Positions 52,843-64,000 of a stretch of DNA of 64,000 nucleotides are shown in pieces (position 1 is the stretch's first letter; each line of letters starts with the position of its first letter). Origin of the DNA: Octopus vulgaris. Its lineage: Eukaryota. Location: assembly GCA_951406725.2 (NCBI GenBank), contig OX597830.1, positions 22,630,001 through 22,694,000 of the forward strand. The letters run 5' to 3'. A program made the translations under genes and the position numbers. The notes below the pieces were generated by a model that worked only from the letters and a program-made list of their open reading frames with translations, searched no databases and was not told where the DNA came from.

Positions 52843-53415
52843 CAGGGTGTCCATAAAGTCTCGACTCATAGGTAAATGTATATTTTCAAGAAATACACGT
52901 AAAATTTTCAACAACATTTTATTCAATTGGAATATTTTTTCAATATGATCTCCACCATTTGTGATGCAAAGGTTGAGGTGCTTTGCAAGATTTATGCAAA
53001 CCTGGTGCAATAAACTCCACACTGCCATCAATTTGAGCTCATTCACTCTTTATACATTCCATCAAGTGTGTTGCATCTGTGACTTTCATGAGTACACTTT
53101 CTATTTCAGCACACCCCAGAAAAAGAATCCAAGGGGGCTAAGATCTGGTGAATGAGAAGACCACTCCACATAACCATGTCTTCCAATCCAGTTAGGGAAA
53201 TTGTCATTTGTCCAATCTCTTACCACCATGGCAAAATAGGCAGGGGCGCCATCCTGTTAAAACCACTCAGGAAGTCCTTCACCTAGCCTTTCAAGTTGGG
53301 GCATTAATTGGTCTCTCAGCATGGTGAGGTAAGTCTCACCAGTTACATGGTCATTGAAGAAAAATAGCCCCCCAACACATAAGATTTCCTGTGTCCTGAC
53401 TTAAGGGACATCCTG
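52843..53415 (-). mobile_element. Internally deleted Tc1/mariner-superfamily element retaining the transposase C-terminus
   Basis: TA-flanked imperfect TIRs CAGGGTGTCCATAAAGTC / CAGGATGTCCCTTAAGTC. Minus strand reads WF*QDGAPAY...WSSHSPDLSP/LDSFFWGVLK*KVY...CITNGGDHIE. Confidence 0.85.
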
Positions 53416-53755
53416 TATATAGGTATAATAGAATAAAATATGAACAAGCAGTTTGCAAGACATCAAACCATTCATAAATTTATGTAATATTTACACAGAA
53501 GAGAGAACAACCATGTATAACTGTAGCTGGGAAAACAAGAAAATCTGATGTGTGTATTGGGGGTAACACTTCATGGTGATTCGGCATACAAATGCAGGAA
53601 TGTCATACAGCAATGGAATTGGTGAGACAGAGGAGAATTCAAGTGCAAGTGGTCCTTTGTGCTGATTTGCTGATTCAAACTATGTAGGTTATGTAAAATC
53701 CATGAGATCATTGCTGAAAACCTTGTAAATGATGGACGGGAAAGTGTATATTATA

Positions 53756-53950
53756 CAAGGTGGGTGCTGAAAAGTTCCTGGATTTGGATAAAAGAAAATA
53801 CAGGAAGATCAGCTAATTATGGCTCTATGCAACATATTCTCCTCTCAGAGTCACACACTTACTGCAGTGGTCCTTCAGTTTTCCTAAGTCCTATAAAAGA
53901 ACTTAGAAGGTTGGGCCTCCAACCAGGCCTTTTGCAATATCCTTAAAGCA
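53756..53950 (-). pseudogene. Mariner 3' end fragment (C-terminal codons plus TIR)
   Basis: KAWLEAQPSKFFY/GLGKLKDHCSKCVTLRG/EYVA*, similar to the mariner C-terminus; TIR-like TACAAGGTGGGTGCTGAAAAGTTCCTGG. Confidence 0.7.
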
Positions 53951-54167
53951 GATACAGACACAAAGATATGTATTTATGTATGCATTTATGCATGTACGTA
54001 TGTATGTATGTATCTATTTACGAAAGGCTTCTTTCAGTTTCCATCTACCAAATCTACTCACATGCCTTTGGTTTTCCTGAGGCGCCAGTAGGTGCCACGC
54101 AGTGGGACTGAACCCAGAACCATGTGGTTGAGAAGTAAACTTCTCACAACATAGCCATGCCTTCACT

Positions 54168-54202
<35 letters not shown>

Positions 54203-55108
54203 CGCAAACATACATCAACGTATATAGATGTCAGTTTCAGTGATAAATATTCAGTTGTCTAATCAATTGATCTGCTTGCTAATTAAACTAGTGTACATGT
54301 GGCTGAGTATTTCACAGACATGTGGCTGAGTATTCCACAGACATGTGGCTGAGATATACACAGAATCATCACGATGAATGTGTGTGACAAGGTTAGATAG
54401 ACCTTTAAATTATAGCTGTAGCTCATTTGATAGACTTCTGAGCAGTTTCTGTGAATGCAATACCCACTTACAAAAGTGGGAGGGGTTGATCTGAGTCCAT
54501 GGTTAAAAACAAAACCGCTGACCCAAGATGCCAAGCGGTGGAACTGAACCCAGTATCTAGTTCATTGCAAAAGTTAGATTCTTAACCATTCAGCCATACA
54601 GTAAGTGTTATTATATAATATATGATAGAGAACAAAACTCTACAGCAGAAACATGATATTTGTAGTCAGATAGGAATGGGAGCGAGCAGTATAGTTAAGT
54701 CTGTTAGGGTGTAGTGGAACCTCTGAGAGAGTGAGAGAGGGAAATAGAAATAGAAAGAGAGAGAGAGAGAGAGGGAGTGAGAGAGAAAGAGAGGTTTACT
54801 ACTCCGGCATCTCTTTCTCTCTCACACATATTTATAAATGGTTATATTTCTCTATATTTAATCTATATTTTTTTTTTTTTTACATATCTCTCTCTCTCTC
54901 TTGCTATACAACACAATGTCCCTTACTCTATTCAACTCCTATTCTCGTCATGTATTGTTTTTTTTTCCTATTTCTCTTCTCATATGTAATGTATGTGTAT
55001 GTGTGTATACGTGTGTGCATGTGTGCGTATAAGGAAGTTTTCTTAGCAGTAACTCTCTATATGTATGTGCATGTGTGTGTGTATGTGTATATATGTATAT
55101 ACATATAC

Positions 55109-55163
<55 letters not shown>

Positions 55164-55382
55164 TATACAAACACACACACACACGTATATTTATATACAT
55201 ACATACATATACATGTACATATTGTTCGAAATGGAGAGTAGATAGACAGCCGACAACTGATGAAGGGTCATTCTTTTTATTACTTGTCCTTTTTTTCTCT
55301 CTCATTTGCGTATTTAATTAATTTGTTTACGTATTTCCTGTTGGTGATGTCCTATACCCATATATGCATATATATGTATATA

Positions 55383-55428
<46 letters not shown>

Positions 55429-55611
55429 ATTATACATACATATATATGGACGTATTTGTACACACACACACACATATATATATATATAGTTACTACTTAA
55501 TTACCTATCTATTCATATATCCAATCTATCTATGTAATTTATATGCCTGTTTATCAGTCCACCTAATCTACCAATAATGCATTTGACCTATCAACCATAT
55601 CTATCTATCTA

Positions 55612-56010
55612 CTAGCAGTATCGCCCGGCGTTGCTTGGGTTTGTTTCAACCCGTTAGAACTGGATTTTTTGAAAAGTAAAAATTTTGCATTATGAAGTTT
55701 GATATTCTCTTTAAGTGAACATGTTCTGGTTGAAATACACCAAAAAATGGCGACACAGCAGTGAAAAAATCATTAAAAAATAGGGATTTTCATAGAAAAA
55801 AAAAAGCACCTCTTTGATGTAAATAATTTTTGGTGTTAACATGGTCCTATTTGAATTTTTTCTTCTACGGAATGAAGAGCAAGCCTTCTTTTATCATAAT
55901 CTCAATTTTGGTCAACTTGCGCCGCAGGGTTTCGGAGGAGATAATGTTAGTTGAAGGCTACCAAACCTGTCACACACACACAGACAACTTCAGCTTTATA
56001 TATATAGAGA
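55612..56010 (-). mobile_element. Non-autonomous Helitron inserted in (TATC)n
   Basis: Same 3' hairpin and CTAG as the other two; 5' end TCTCTATATATATAAAG; sits between A and T. Confidence 0.88.
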
Positions 56011-56581
56011 TCTATCTATCTATCTATCTAACCTTTCTGTCTAATCCATCTGTGTTCCTAACAGCAAGACTCACCCACTAAATTTTACCTATCAACCAAC
56101 CAACCAACCAACCAACCTACCTACCTGCCTACCATTCCACCCATCCACCCATTCTAATCTGTCGGTATGAAGTTGGAAAGATGGATGGCTAGCACCATCA
56201 GTATTAGAATTACATCCTAGAAGTACATTTAAATATGTCTAGACGGACAGGTGAAATGTAGAGGTATGATGGAAACCGGTTTAATCAGCTGAGTTGCAAA
56301 ACAACTTACTTCTGCTTGAAACATTACAAATATGTTAGAATCAGCCAACAGCAAGGCTGTAGTGGCAGTAAGAGTCAATTTTTTTTTTCTGGTGGCGGTG
56401 GTTAAGATGCATGCTTTGCAGCTATGTGGTCTTGGGTTCAGTCCTACTGCACAGCATCTTGGGCAAGAGTCTTCTTGTATAGCTCCAAGACTGACCAATG
56501 CCCTTTGAGTGAATTTGGTAAATGGAAACTGTGTGGAAGCCTGTGTGTGTATGTTTATATACATATATATATATATATATA

Positions 56582-56839
56582 ATTCAGAGAAGAATACAGT
56601 GTAAGTTCAAACACAAAAGAGACACCCAAAGAATAGGATATCTGACTCACTAGAAAGAGCAATTAAACTCCAAGCCACTAATTGTTGTAATTCTGAAAGT
56701 GATTAAAAAATAAAAATAAATTAAATAAATTAAACTCCAATTAGTGGTTTGGATTTAACTGCTCTTTCTAGCAAGTCAGATATCCTATTCTTCGGGTATC
56801 TCTTTTGTGTTTGAACGTACACTGTATTCTTCTCTGAAT
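56582..56839. repeat. Fold-back of about 102-bp arms inside a (TA)n tract
   Basis: 56582-56684 vs 56738-56839; A-rich spacer. Confidence 0.9.
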
Positions 56840-56928
56840 AATATATAGTCTACTGACTAATTGTTTCCTTCTTGCTAGACCACTGGTAACTAAGAATTTT
56901 TTCGATAAATATTCTTGCTACCCTAAGA

Positions 56929-56960
<32 letters not shown>

Positions 56961-57332
56961 TCTTTTATTCTCTTACTTGTTTCAGTCATTTGACTGTGGT
57001 CATACTGGGGCACCGCCTTGAAGGGTTTTAGTCTAAGAAATCGACCCCAGGAATTATTTTGCAAGCCTGGTACTTATTCTATTGGTGTCTATAGCTGAAC
57101 TGCTAAGTTTCAGGGACGTAAACACACCAAGATTGGTTGTCAAGCACTGATGGGGGAACGAACACAGACACTACACACAAACATACGACAGGCTTCTTTC
57201 AGTTTCCGTCTACCAAATCCACTCACAAGGCTATGGTTGGCCCGAGGCTATAGTAGAAGACACTCTCCCAAGGTGTCACACAGTGGGAGTGAACCTGGAA
57301 CCTTATGGTTGGGAAGCAAGCTTCTTACCACA
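56961..57332 (-). mobile_element. SINE A copy nested in the microsatellite of an older SINE A (about 56390-58005)
   Basis: Host head at 56390-56545; host 3' part resumes near 57340. Confidence 0.8.
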
Positions 57333-57493
57333 GTAGGTATTTATTGTATGTGTGTACGTATGTGCATGTGTATTTATCCTCTTCCCCACCGTTCAATAAT
57401 CAGTGTTCATTTATGTCCCCCATAACTTTGCAGTTTAGCAAAAGAGACCGGTACTGGGTGGATTGGATGTGATTTGTTTAGACTAACAACTCT

Positions 57494-57938
57494 TATTTCT
57501 TTATTGCCCACAAGGGGCTAAACATAGAGGGGAAAAAGAAGGACAGACAAAGGGATTAAGTCGATTAGATTGACCCCAGTACGTAACTGGTACTTAATTT
57601 ATCGACCCCAGTGCGTAACTGGTACTTAATTTATCGACTCCAGAAGGATGAAAGGCAAAGTCGACCTTGGCGGAATTTGAAGTCAGAATGTAATGGCAGA
57701 CGAAATACCTTTCTTTACTACCCACAAGGAGCTAAACACAGGGAGGACAAACAAGGACAGACAAATGGATTAAGTTGATTATATCAACCCCAGTGTGTAA
57801 CTGGTACTTATTTAATCGACCCTGAAAGGATGAAAGGCAAAGTAGACTTCGGTGAAATTTGAACTCAGAACGTAACGGCAGACGAAATACGGCTACGCAT
57901 TTCGCCCGGCTTGCTAACGTTTCTGCCAGCTCGCCGCC
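57494..57938 (-). mobile_element. Dimeric SINE B with a 15-bp TSD
   Basis: TSD TAGACTAACAACTCT at 57479-57493 and 57939-57953. Confidence 0.92.
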
Positions 57939-58419
57939 TAGACTAACAACTCTGTTAAGATGTTGCCCCAGCATGGCTGCAGTAGAACAACTTTAAACAA
58001 GAAAATGATGCAGCTGACAGACACACACACCATTTTTTTTTAATATCTTCTGCTGGTTTTATTGGCCAGCAGCCACACTGGGACCCAGCCGTCACAGGTT
58101 TAAGTCAATCATATCAATATCAGTATGTATTTCAGTCTGGTATTGATTTTTATCGACCTTGCTATGTAAGACCGCAATATGTTCCTGAGATGTCACCATC
58201 CCACCTAACATCAGATTCATTCTCTACTGCATAATCATTGTTTTCACATCCACTTTCTCCATGCTGGTATGGGTCGGATGAGACTTACTGATGTTGTATT
58301 CAATGGGTAGATCGCCTATTCAAAGCCAACCGTTACTTGTAAAAGTAAGAGTACTTGGTTTTTGTACATCAAAATGCTGAGCAGGACGTTTTATCGTAGA
58401 CATAGGCAAATATCACCAC

Positions 58420-58738
58420 TGCCTAAGCATGGGTTCCATATAAGATTTTGTGGGGGGTCCATGTAAGCAAAATAGTAAATTGAGTACCCAAAGTAATATT
58501 TTAAGGGTCCACGAAAATCTTTGTTTTAGACATATTTATTGCAATAAACAGCAAGGTTTCTTTCCCTAATGCTTTAAATAGTTTAAACTATACAAGTTAA
58601 TGTGTGAACAGCAAAATAGGAATTTTGAAAGAAGTTTCTATAAGACTAGTTCTTAAACACTGAATGGCTCTGGGGACCCACTAGAATAAAATAGTAATCA
58701 AAAGAGTCCATAGACAAAAAAATGGTTGAGAACCATTG
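58420..58738. mobile_element. Old Charlie/hAT-like MITE; relatives near 3370-3453, 46018, 51750-51856
   Basis: End GGTTGAGAACCATTG (reverse of CAGTGGTTCTCAACC); GGGGTCCA internal repeats. Confidence 0.55.
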
Positions 58739-58967
58739 GCTCAAGCGATACCAATGTGAAGACACATGGAGGCAAGTACACATATACACATACAACCAGC
58801 TTCTGTACAGATTCCATCTACCAACCTTCACTCCAAGATAGTAGAAGACATTTGCCCAAGGTGCCATGCAGTGGAATCAAACCCAACGCTACGTGGTTAC
58901 AAAGCAAACTTCTTAACCACAGAGTTATCTACTCTACTGGATTTAGTCATTAAGATAACGAGGCATA

Positions 58968-59362
58968 GGAGTGGCTGTGTGGTAAGTAGCTTGTTTACCA
59001 ACCACATGGTTCCGGGTTCAGTCCCACTGCGCAGTACCTTGGGCAAGTGTCTTCTACTATAACCTCAGGTCGACCAAAGCCTTGTGAGTGGATTTGGTAG
59101 ACGGAAACTGAAAGAAGCCCGTTGTATATATGTATGTGTATATGTTTGTGTGTCTGTGTTTGTCCCCCCCAACATTGCTTGACAACTGATGCTGGTGTGT
59201 TTACATCCCCTGTAACTTAGCGGTTCGGCAAAAGAGACCGATAGAATAAGTACTAGGCTTACAAAGAATAAGTCCTGGGGTCGATTTGCTCGACTAAAGG
59301 CAGCGCTCCAGCATGGCCACAGTCAAATGACTGAAACAAGTAAAAGAGTAAAGAGAAAAGAG
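58968..59362 (+). mobile_element. SINE A copy
   Basis: Full length with tail. Confidence 0.93.
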
Positions 59363-59396
59363 TAAACATTCTCGTCAATCACAAATTTTTGGCTAA

Positions 59397-59613
59397 CTCT
59401 TTAGCATTCAGGTTACTGAAGTCAAGTGTAATGTTTATTTATTCACATTATTTTGAATGAATCATGCATTATATCATAGCTTTGGGATTTTGATGATGTG
59501 ACTGTTTATTTTTAGAGTGATTGTAGGGTAGAAAGGTCAGATTAGACTGGTTTAAACATAATAAAACAGGTAGAATATTTGGACCAGATATGGCTATTTT
59601 AAATGCTAAAGGG
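59397..59613. mobile_element. piggyBac-like MITE; partial copies near 7040-7141 and 50690-50803
   Basis: TIR C(T/C)CTTTAGCATT / AATGCTAAAGGG; flanks CTAA / TTAA. Confidence 0.7.
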
Positions 59614-60569
59614 TTAAAAATATTAGCCCCTCATTTCATATTAGATAACTTGGACAGGTTTTGGTCAGCATTGCACCAAGCCATGTCTCATTAAATAGCT
59701 CATATTTTTGAGAAGCATAGCCTACTCCAGTGAGAGGTTGCTGTTAGTTGAAACATATCCAGGTGTTTGTGGTTTGTTTGGTGGTATTTCTTGGATACCA
59801 TGGAAGAATTTGGGTACTGTCTAAAGTTTAAAGGTTGAAAGGCTCTTTTCCCTCCTTTTTTCTTTTCTCTTTCTTATTTCTTATTTCTTTATTGCCCACA
59901 AAGGGCTAAACATAGAGGGGACAAACAAGGACAGAGAAAGGGACTAAGTCGATTACATCAACCCCAGTGCATAACTGGTACTTAATTTATTGACCCCGAA
60001 AGGATGAAAGGCAAAGTCACCTCAGTTGAATTTGAACTCAGAACGTAACGGCAGACGAAATACTGCTCAGCATTTCGCCTGATGTGCTAACGTTTCTGCC
60101 AGCTCACCGCCTTAGAGAGAAGTCCACTGTAATTGGTGAGATCAAATAGATTAAAGTTCCTCTTTAACAGTTGTAAGTTAGCAAGAAAAACAATAACCAA
60201 GAAAGATATGCAAGGAAAGAATTTCCAAAGAATAGAGGTTCCTGCAATAGTTAGTGATAGGAAAGAGAGAGGGGGAGAGATGGAGAGAGATGGAGAGAGA
60301 GAGAATGAGAGAGAGACAGCAGCATGTTTGAGTACCAGAGATTGGACTATTCATGTGTGTGTTGTGAGAAAGAGCATGCAAATCAGTTGGGTGACATTTC
60401 CTTGGGTGCAGTTTAGGACAGCTGTTCATGAAATTTAGTATTTTGCTCTAGAACATAATGCACTGCCCAGTCTGGCAATCAAAGCCATGGTCATGCAAGT
60501 GTGAATGCATCACCCAACCCATAAGGCCATGCACTTTTACTCCAGTAAGAACTGGTAATCTAAGGAGTT

Positions 60570-61455
60570 CACAAGGTACTGCCTTGACAGGGTTCGCCAC
60601 ACTCTAATCTGGTGGTCAATGGGGAAGCTAGGGATAGACGAGTGGTTGGTGAGAGTCATACAAACCATGTACAGGGACACTGTCAGTAAGGTGAGGGTTG
60701 GCAAGGAGTATAGCAATGAATTCAGTGTACAAGTGGGAGTTCACCAAAGATCAGTTCTCAGATCCTGCTAATTCATCATAATTCTCCAGGTTATAACAGA
60801 AGAAGGAGTGGCTGTGTGGTAAGTAGCTTGTTTACCAACCACATGGTTCCAGGTTCAGTCCCACTGCGTGGCACCTTGGGCAAGTGTCTTCTACTATAGC
60901 CTCGGGCCGACCAAAGCCTTGTGAGTGGATTTGGTAGATAGAAACTGAAAGAAGCCCGTCGTATATATGTATATATATATGCGTGTGTGTCTGTGTTTGT
61001 CCCCCTAGCATTGCTTGACAACCGATGCTGGTGTGTTTATATCCCCGTTACTTAGCGGTTCGGCAAAAGAGACCGATAGTATAAGTACTGGGCTTACAAA
61101 AGAATAAGTACTGGGGTCGAGTTGCTCGACTAAAGGCTGTGCTCCAGCATGGCCGCAGTCAAATGACTGAAACTAGTAAAAGAGTAAAAGAGATGGGCTG
61201 CCCGTGGGAGCTCCTCTATGCTGATGACCTTGTTCTTGTAGTTGTATCACTCCAAGAACTAGAGGGCATCTTAAGAGAAAAATTGGGTATAAGAGGCATC
61301 AGATGTGGTGTGCAAGAGAGAAGACTGCCCTGGCATGGTCATGTGATGCATATGGATGAAGACAGCTGTGTAAAGAAGTTCGAATTTCTAACTGTGGAGG
61401 GAACCTGTGGAAGAGGTAGATTCAGGAAGACATAGGACGAGGTAGTGAAGCATGC
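60570..61455 (+). pseudogene. RTE-X LINE RT fragment interrupted by SINE A (60805-61190)
   Basis: VGVHQRSVL...LQVITEE [SINE] GCPWELLYADDLVL...REKLGIRGIRCGVQERRL.WHGHV...EGTCGRGR.RKT. Confidence 0.88.
60805..61190 (+). mobile_element. SINE A copy (young)
   Basis: Near-consensus. Confidence 0.93.
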
Positions 61456-61477
61456 ATCAAACAATTCAAACTCTATT

Positions 61478-61866
61478 TACTCTTTTACTTGTTTCAGTCA
61501 TTTGACTGTGGCCATGCTGGAGTACTGCCTTTAGTCGAGCAAATCGACCCCAGGACTTATTCTTTGTAAGCCTAGTACTTATTCTATTGGTCTCTTTTGC
61601 TGAACCACTAAGTTACGGGGATGTAAACACACCAGCATCGGTTGTCAAGCAATTTGTGGGGATGGGGCAAACACAGACACACAAACATATACACATGCAT
61701 ACATATATACGACGGGCTTCTTTCAGTTTCTGTCTACCAAATCCACTCACAAGGCTTTGGTCGACCCGAGGCTATAGTAGAAGACACTTGCCCAAGGTGC
61801 CACGCAGTGGGACTGAACCCGGAGCCATGTAGTTCGTAAGCAAGCTACTTACCACACAGCCACACC
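61478..61866 (-). mobile_element. SINE A copy
   Basis: Full-length reverse complement. Confidence 0.92.
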
Positions 61867-62136
61867 TACGCCAATGTTTTTTGCTTTTTTTTTAAAGTCA
61901 TGTTTTGTTACCAAAAAAAAACAAGTCATTTTTCTCACATTCATAATCACATGAAAATCTAATTTGCTAATATCACTAATGGGTTTGGCAAAAGCCAGGA
62001 CTTTTCATTGACAAAAGTTTAGTTGTTGCAGGATAAAAACCAGCTACATCGAACAGCATGAATATGAATATATTACCTGTACTATCCCACATTTAATACC
62101 AATGCATATATGATACATATATACATAAGACTTAGG

Positions 62137-62304
62137 TGCAGGCATGGCTATGTGATAAGAAATTCGCTTCTCAATCACATGATTCCAGGATCAGTCTCTG
62201 CATGACACCTTGGGTAAGTTTTTTTCTAAAGCCCCAGGCTGACCAAAACCTTGCGAGTGGGTTTAGTAGATAGAAACTGAAAGAAGCCTCATCAAATATG
62301 TATG

Positions 62305-62346
<42 letters not shown>

Positions 62347-62512
62347 TATATACGACAGGCTTCTTTCAGTTTCCGTCTACCAAATCCACTCACAAGGCTT
62401 TGGTCGGCCCGGGGCTATAGCAGAAGACACTTGCCCAAGATGCCACGCAGTGGGACTGAACCCGGAACCATGTGGTTGGTTAGCAAGCTACTTACCACAC
62501 AGCCACTCCTGC
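62137..62512. mobile_element. Two SINE A 5' halves in inverted orientation, joined at the microsatellite
   Basis: Plus-strand head 62137-62290 and minus-strand head 62340-62512. Confidence 0.85.
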
Positions 62513-64000
62513 GCCTATGTATGTACATATGTATGTATGTATTATGTATGTATGTATGTATTATGTATGTATGCATGTATTATGCATGCATGCATGTGAG
62601 TGTGTTAGCTTCTCTGGGCTCTGACACTGCGTAGCAGCTGTAAACAAGTGCCACCGTTATGGAAATAAATATCCTTCGTTTCTGATATTCTGGTCACGGG
62701 GAAATATTGTCTTCAAAACAACTGAAGATTGGTGACAGGAAGAGCATCTGACCGCAGAAAATCTGCCTCAACACATTCTATCTATCTGACCCATGCGAAC
62801 ATGGAAAATTTGGCCCTAATACAATGGATGATGATGATGACAGTGATGATGATCTCACACACACACACAGTGCCAACATCCAACTGACATAAAACAGCTC
62901 ATGTTATTTCATCCACTCTGAAGTTAGTTTACAACTTACTTCACCCCACCCCTCCTCTTTTTTCGAATCAAACAGCTGCAACTCTCTCTCTCTCTCTCTC
63001 TCTTTCTTATTTCATGTGTGGTGTGCATCACATCGCCAAAAACATTCTAGTAACATCTCAGCAAACGAAGATTATGTAATAGTAGTAGTAGTAGTAGTGA
63101 ATTGTGGCACATGGCCAGAAACTTGTTAGTAAGGCAGGTATTGTCGATTAAATCCGCTGCAGTACTTGACTGGTACTTTATTTTAATGACCCCCCACCCC
63201 CTTCTCCGTAACGAAGAAAGGCCAAGTTGACCTCGGAAGAATTTGAACTCAGAACTCACAAGGGGAAGTAACTAAATGTTCTGCAAGTCATTGAAACGAT
63301 CCACTTGACAGATAAGGTGTCTTATTCTGTTACACGTTACAGTTATTGCAATGGGGCCATGAGTTGGGGACACCACCTTGAAAGGTTTAGTCGACCTGAT
63401 CGATCCCAAATATTGATTTTTTTAAAGTCTGGGTACTTATTTTATAGGTCCCTTTCGCTGAATTGCGAACGCGCGGGGACGTAAACAAACCAATGAGAGA
63501 GGGGATACGAAGGCATGTACATGCGCCCCCACCCCACAGGATTCTGTACAGTTTCAGCCAACCAAATTCACTCGCAAAGCGTTGGTCTATCCTGGGTTAT
63601 AGGAGAAGATTTTGCTCAAGGTGCAGCGTAGTGGGGTTGAACATGAATCCATGTGATTGCGAAGGTATCTTCTTAACCACACAGCCATGATTCCGCGAGA
63701 CCTTGAGAATGATTACAAAAAAAAAAAAAGAAAGAAAAATGTATCGACACATATATATAACCAAAGCACTCACGTCATGAGATATGTACATAAAATACGA
63801 TACAGAGAATATCACTTCGCTCTCAGACATTGCACACGAATATTACGTAGAACGGTGCTGAAGTTGACACGTACCAGTCCACTGCCGATATTAATGAAAC
63901 TTCTGACATCCCACATTTATCAAATAAAATGACGAATTACTTTGCTGTAGTGTTAGACAAGTTTAGAAAGATGGGGACCATCTGAATTTTAATAAACATG

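Noticed and set aside
54731-55577. 196-aa hydrophobic ORF
   Set aside because: Built from (GA)n, poly-T and (TA)n tracts

Overview
AT-rich, repeat-saturated eukaryotic non-coding DNA. The SINE repertoire and microsatellite density suggest an octopus-type (coleoid cephalopod) genome; this is an inference from recalled repeat sequences, not a search. I found no host protein-coding exon I can support. The long ORFs in the track are microsatellite or SINE read-throughs. The window holds: about 35-40 copies of a tRNA-headed SINE with an internal (TA/TG)n tract (family A); two more tRNA-headed SINE families (B, C); six GGATC-ended MITEs (8-bp TSDs in the five complete copies); hAT- and piggyBac-like MITEs; three non-autonomous Helitrons; and decayed mariner/Tc1, RTE/RTE-X, Hero-like and Penelope (GIY-YIG) relics. 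The most interesting signal is a set of short Penelope-type ends carrying minimal hammerhead-ribozyme motifs. Many sit in (TA)n tracts and some form 100-190 bp fold-backs. A central CpG-retaining domain (about 25.5-41 kb) contains a GC-rich promoter-like patch and lies between CpG-depleted flanks. Coordinates of decayed elements are approximate.
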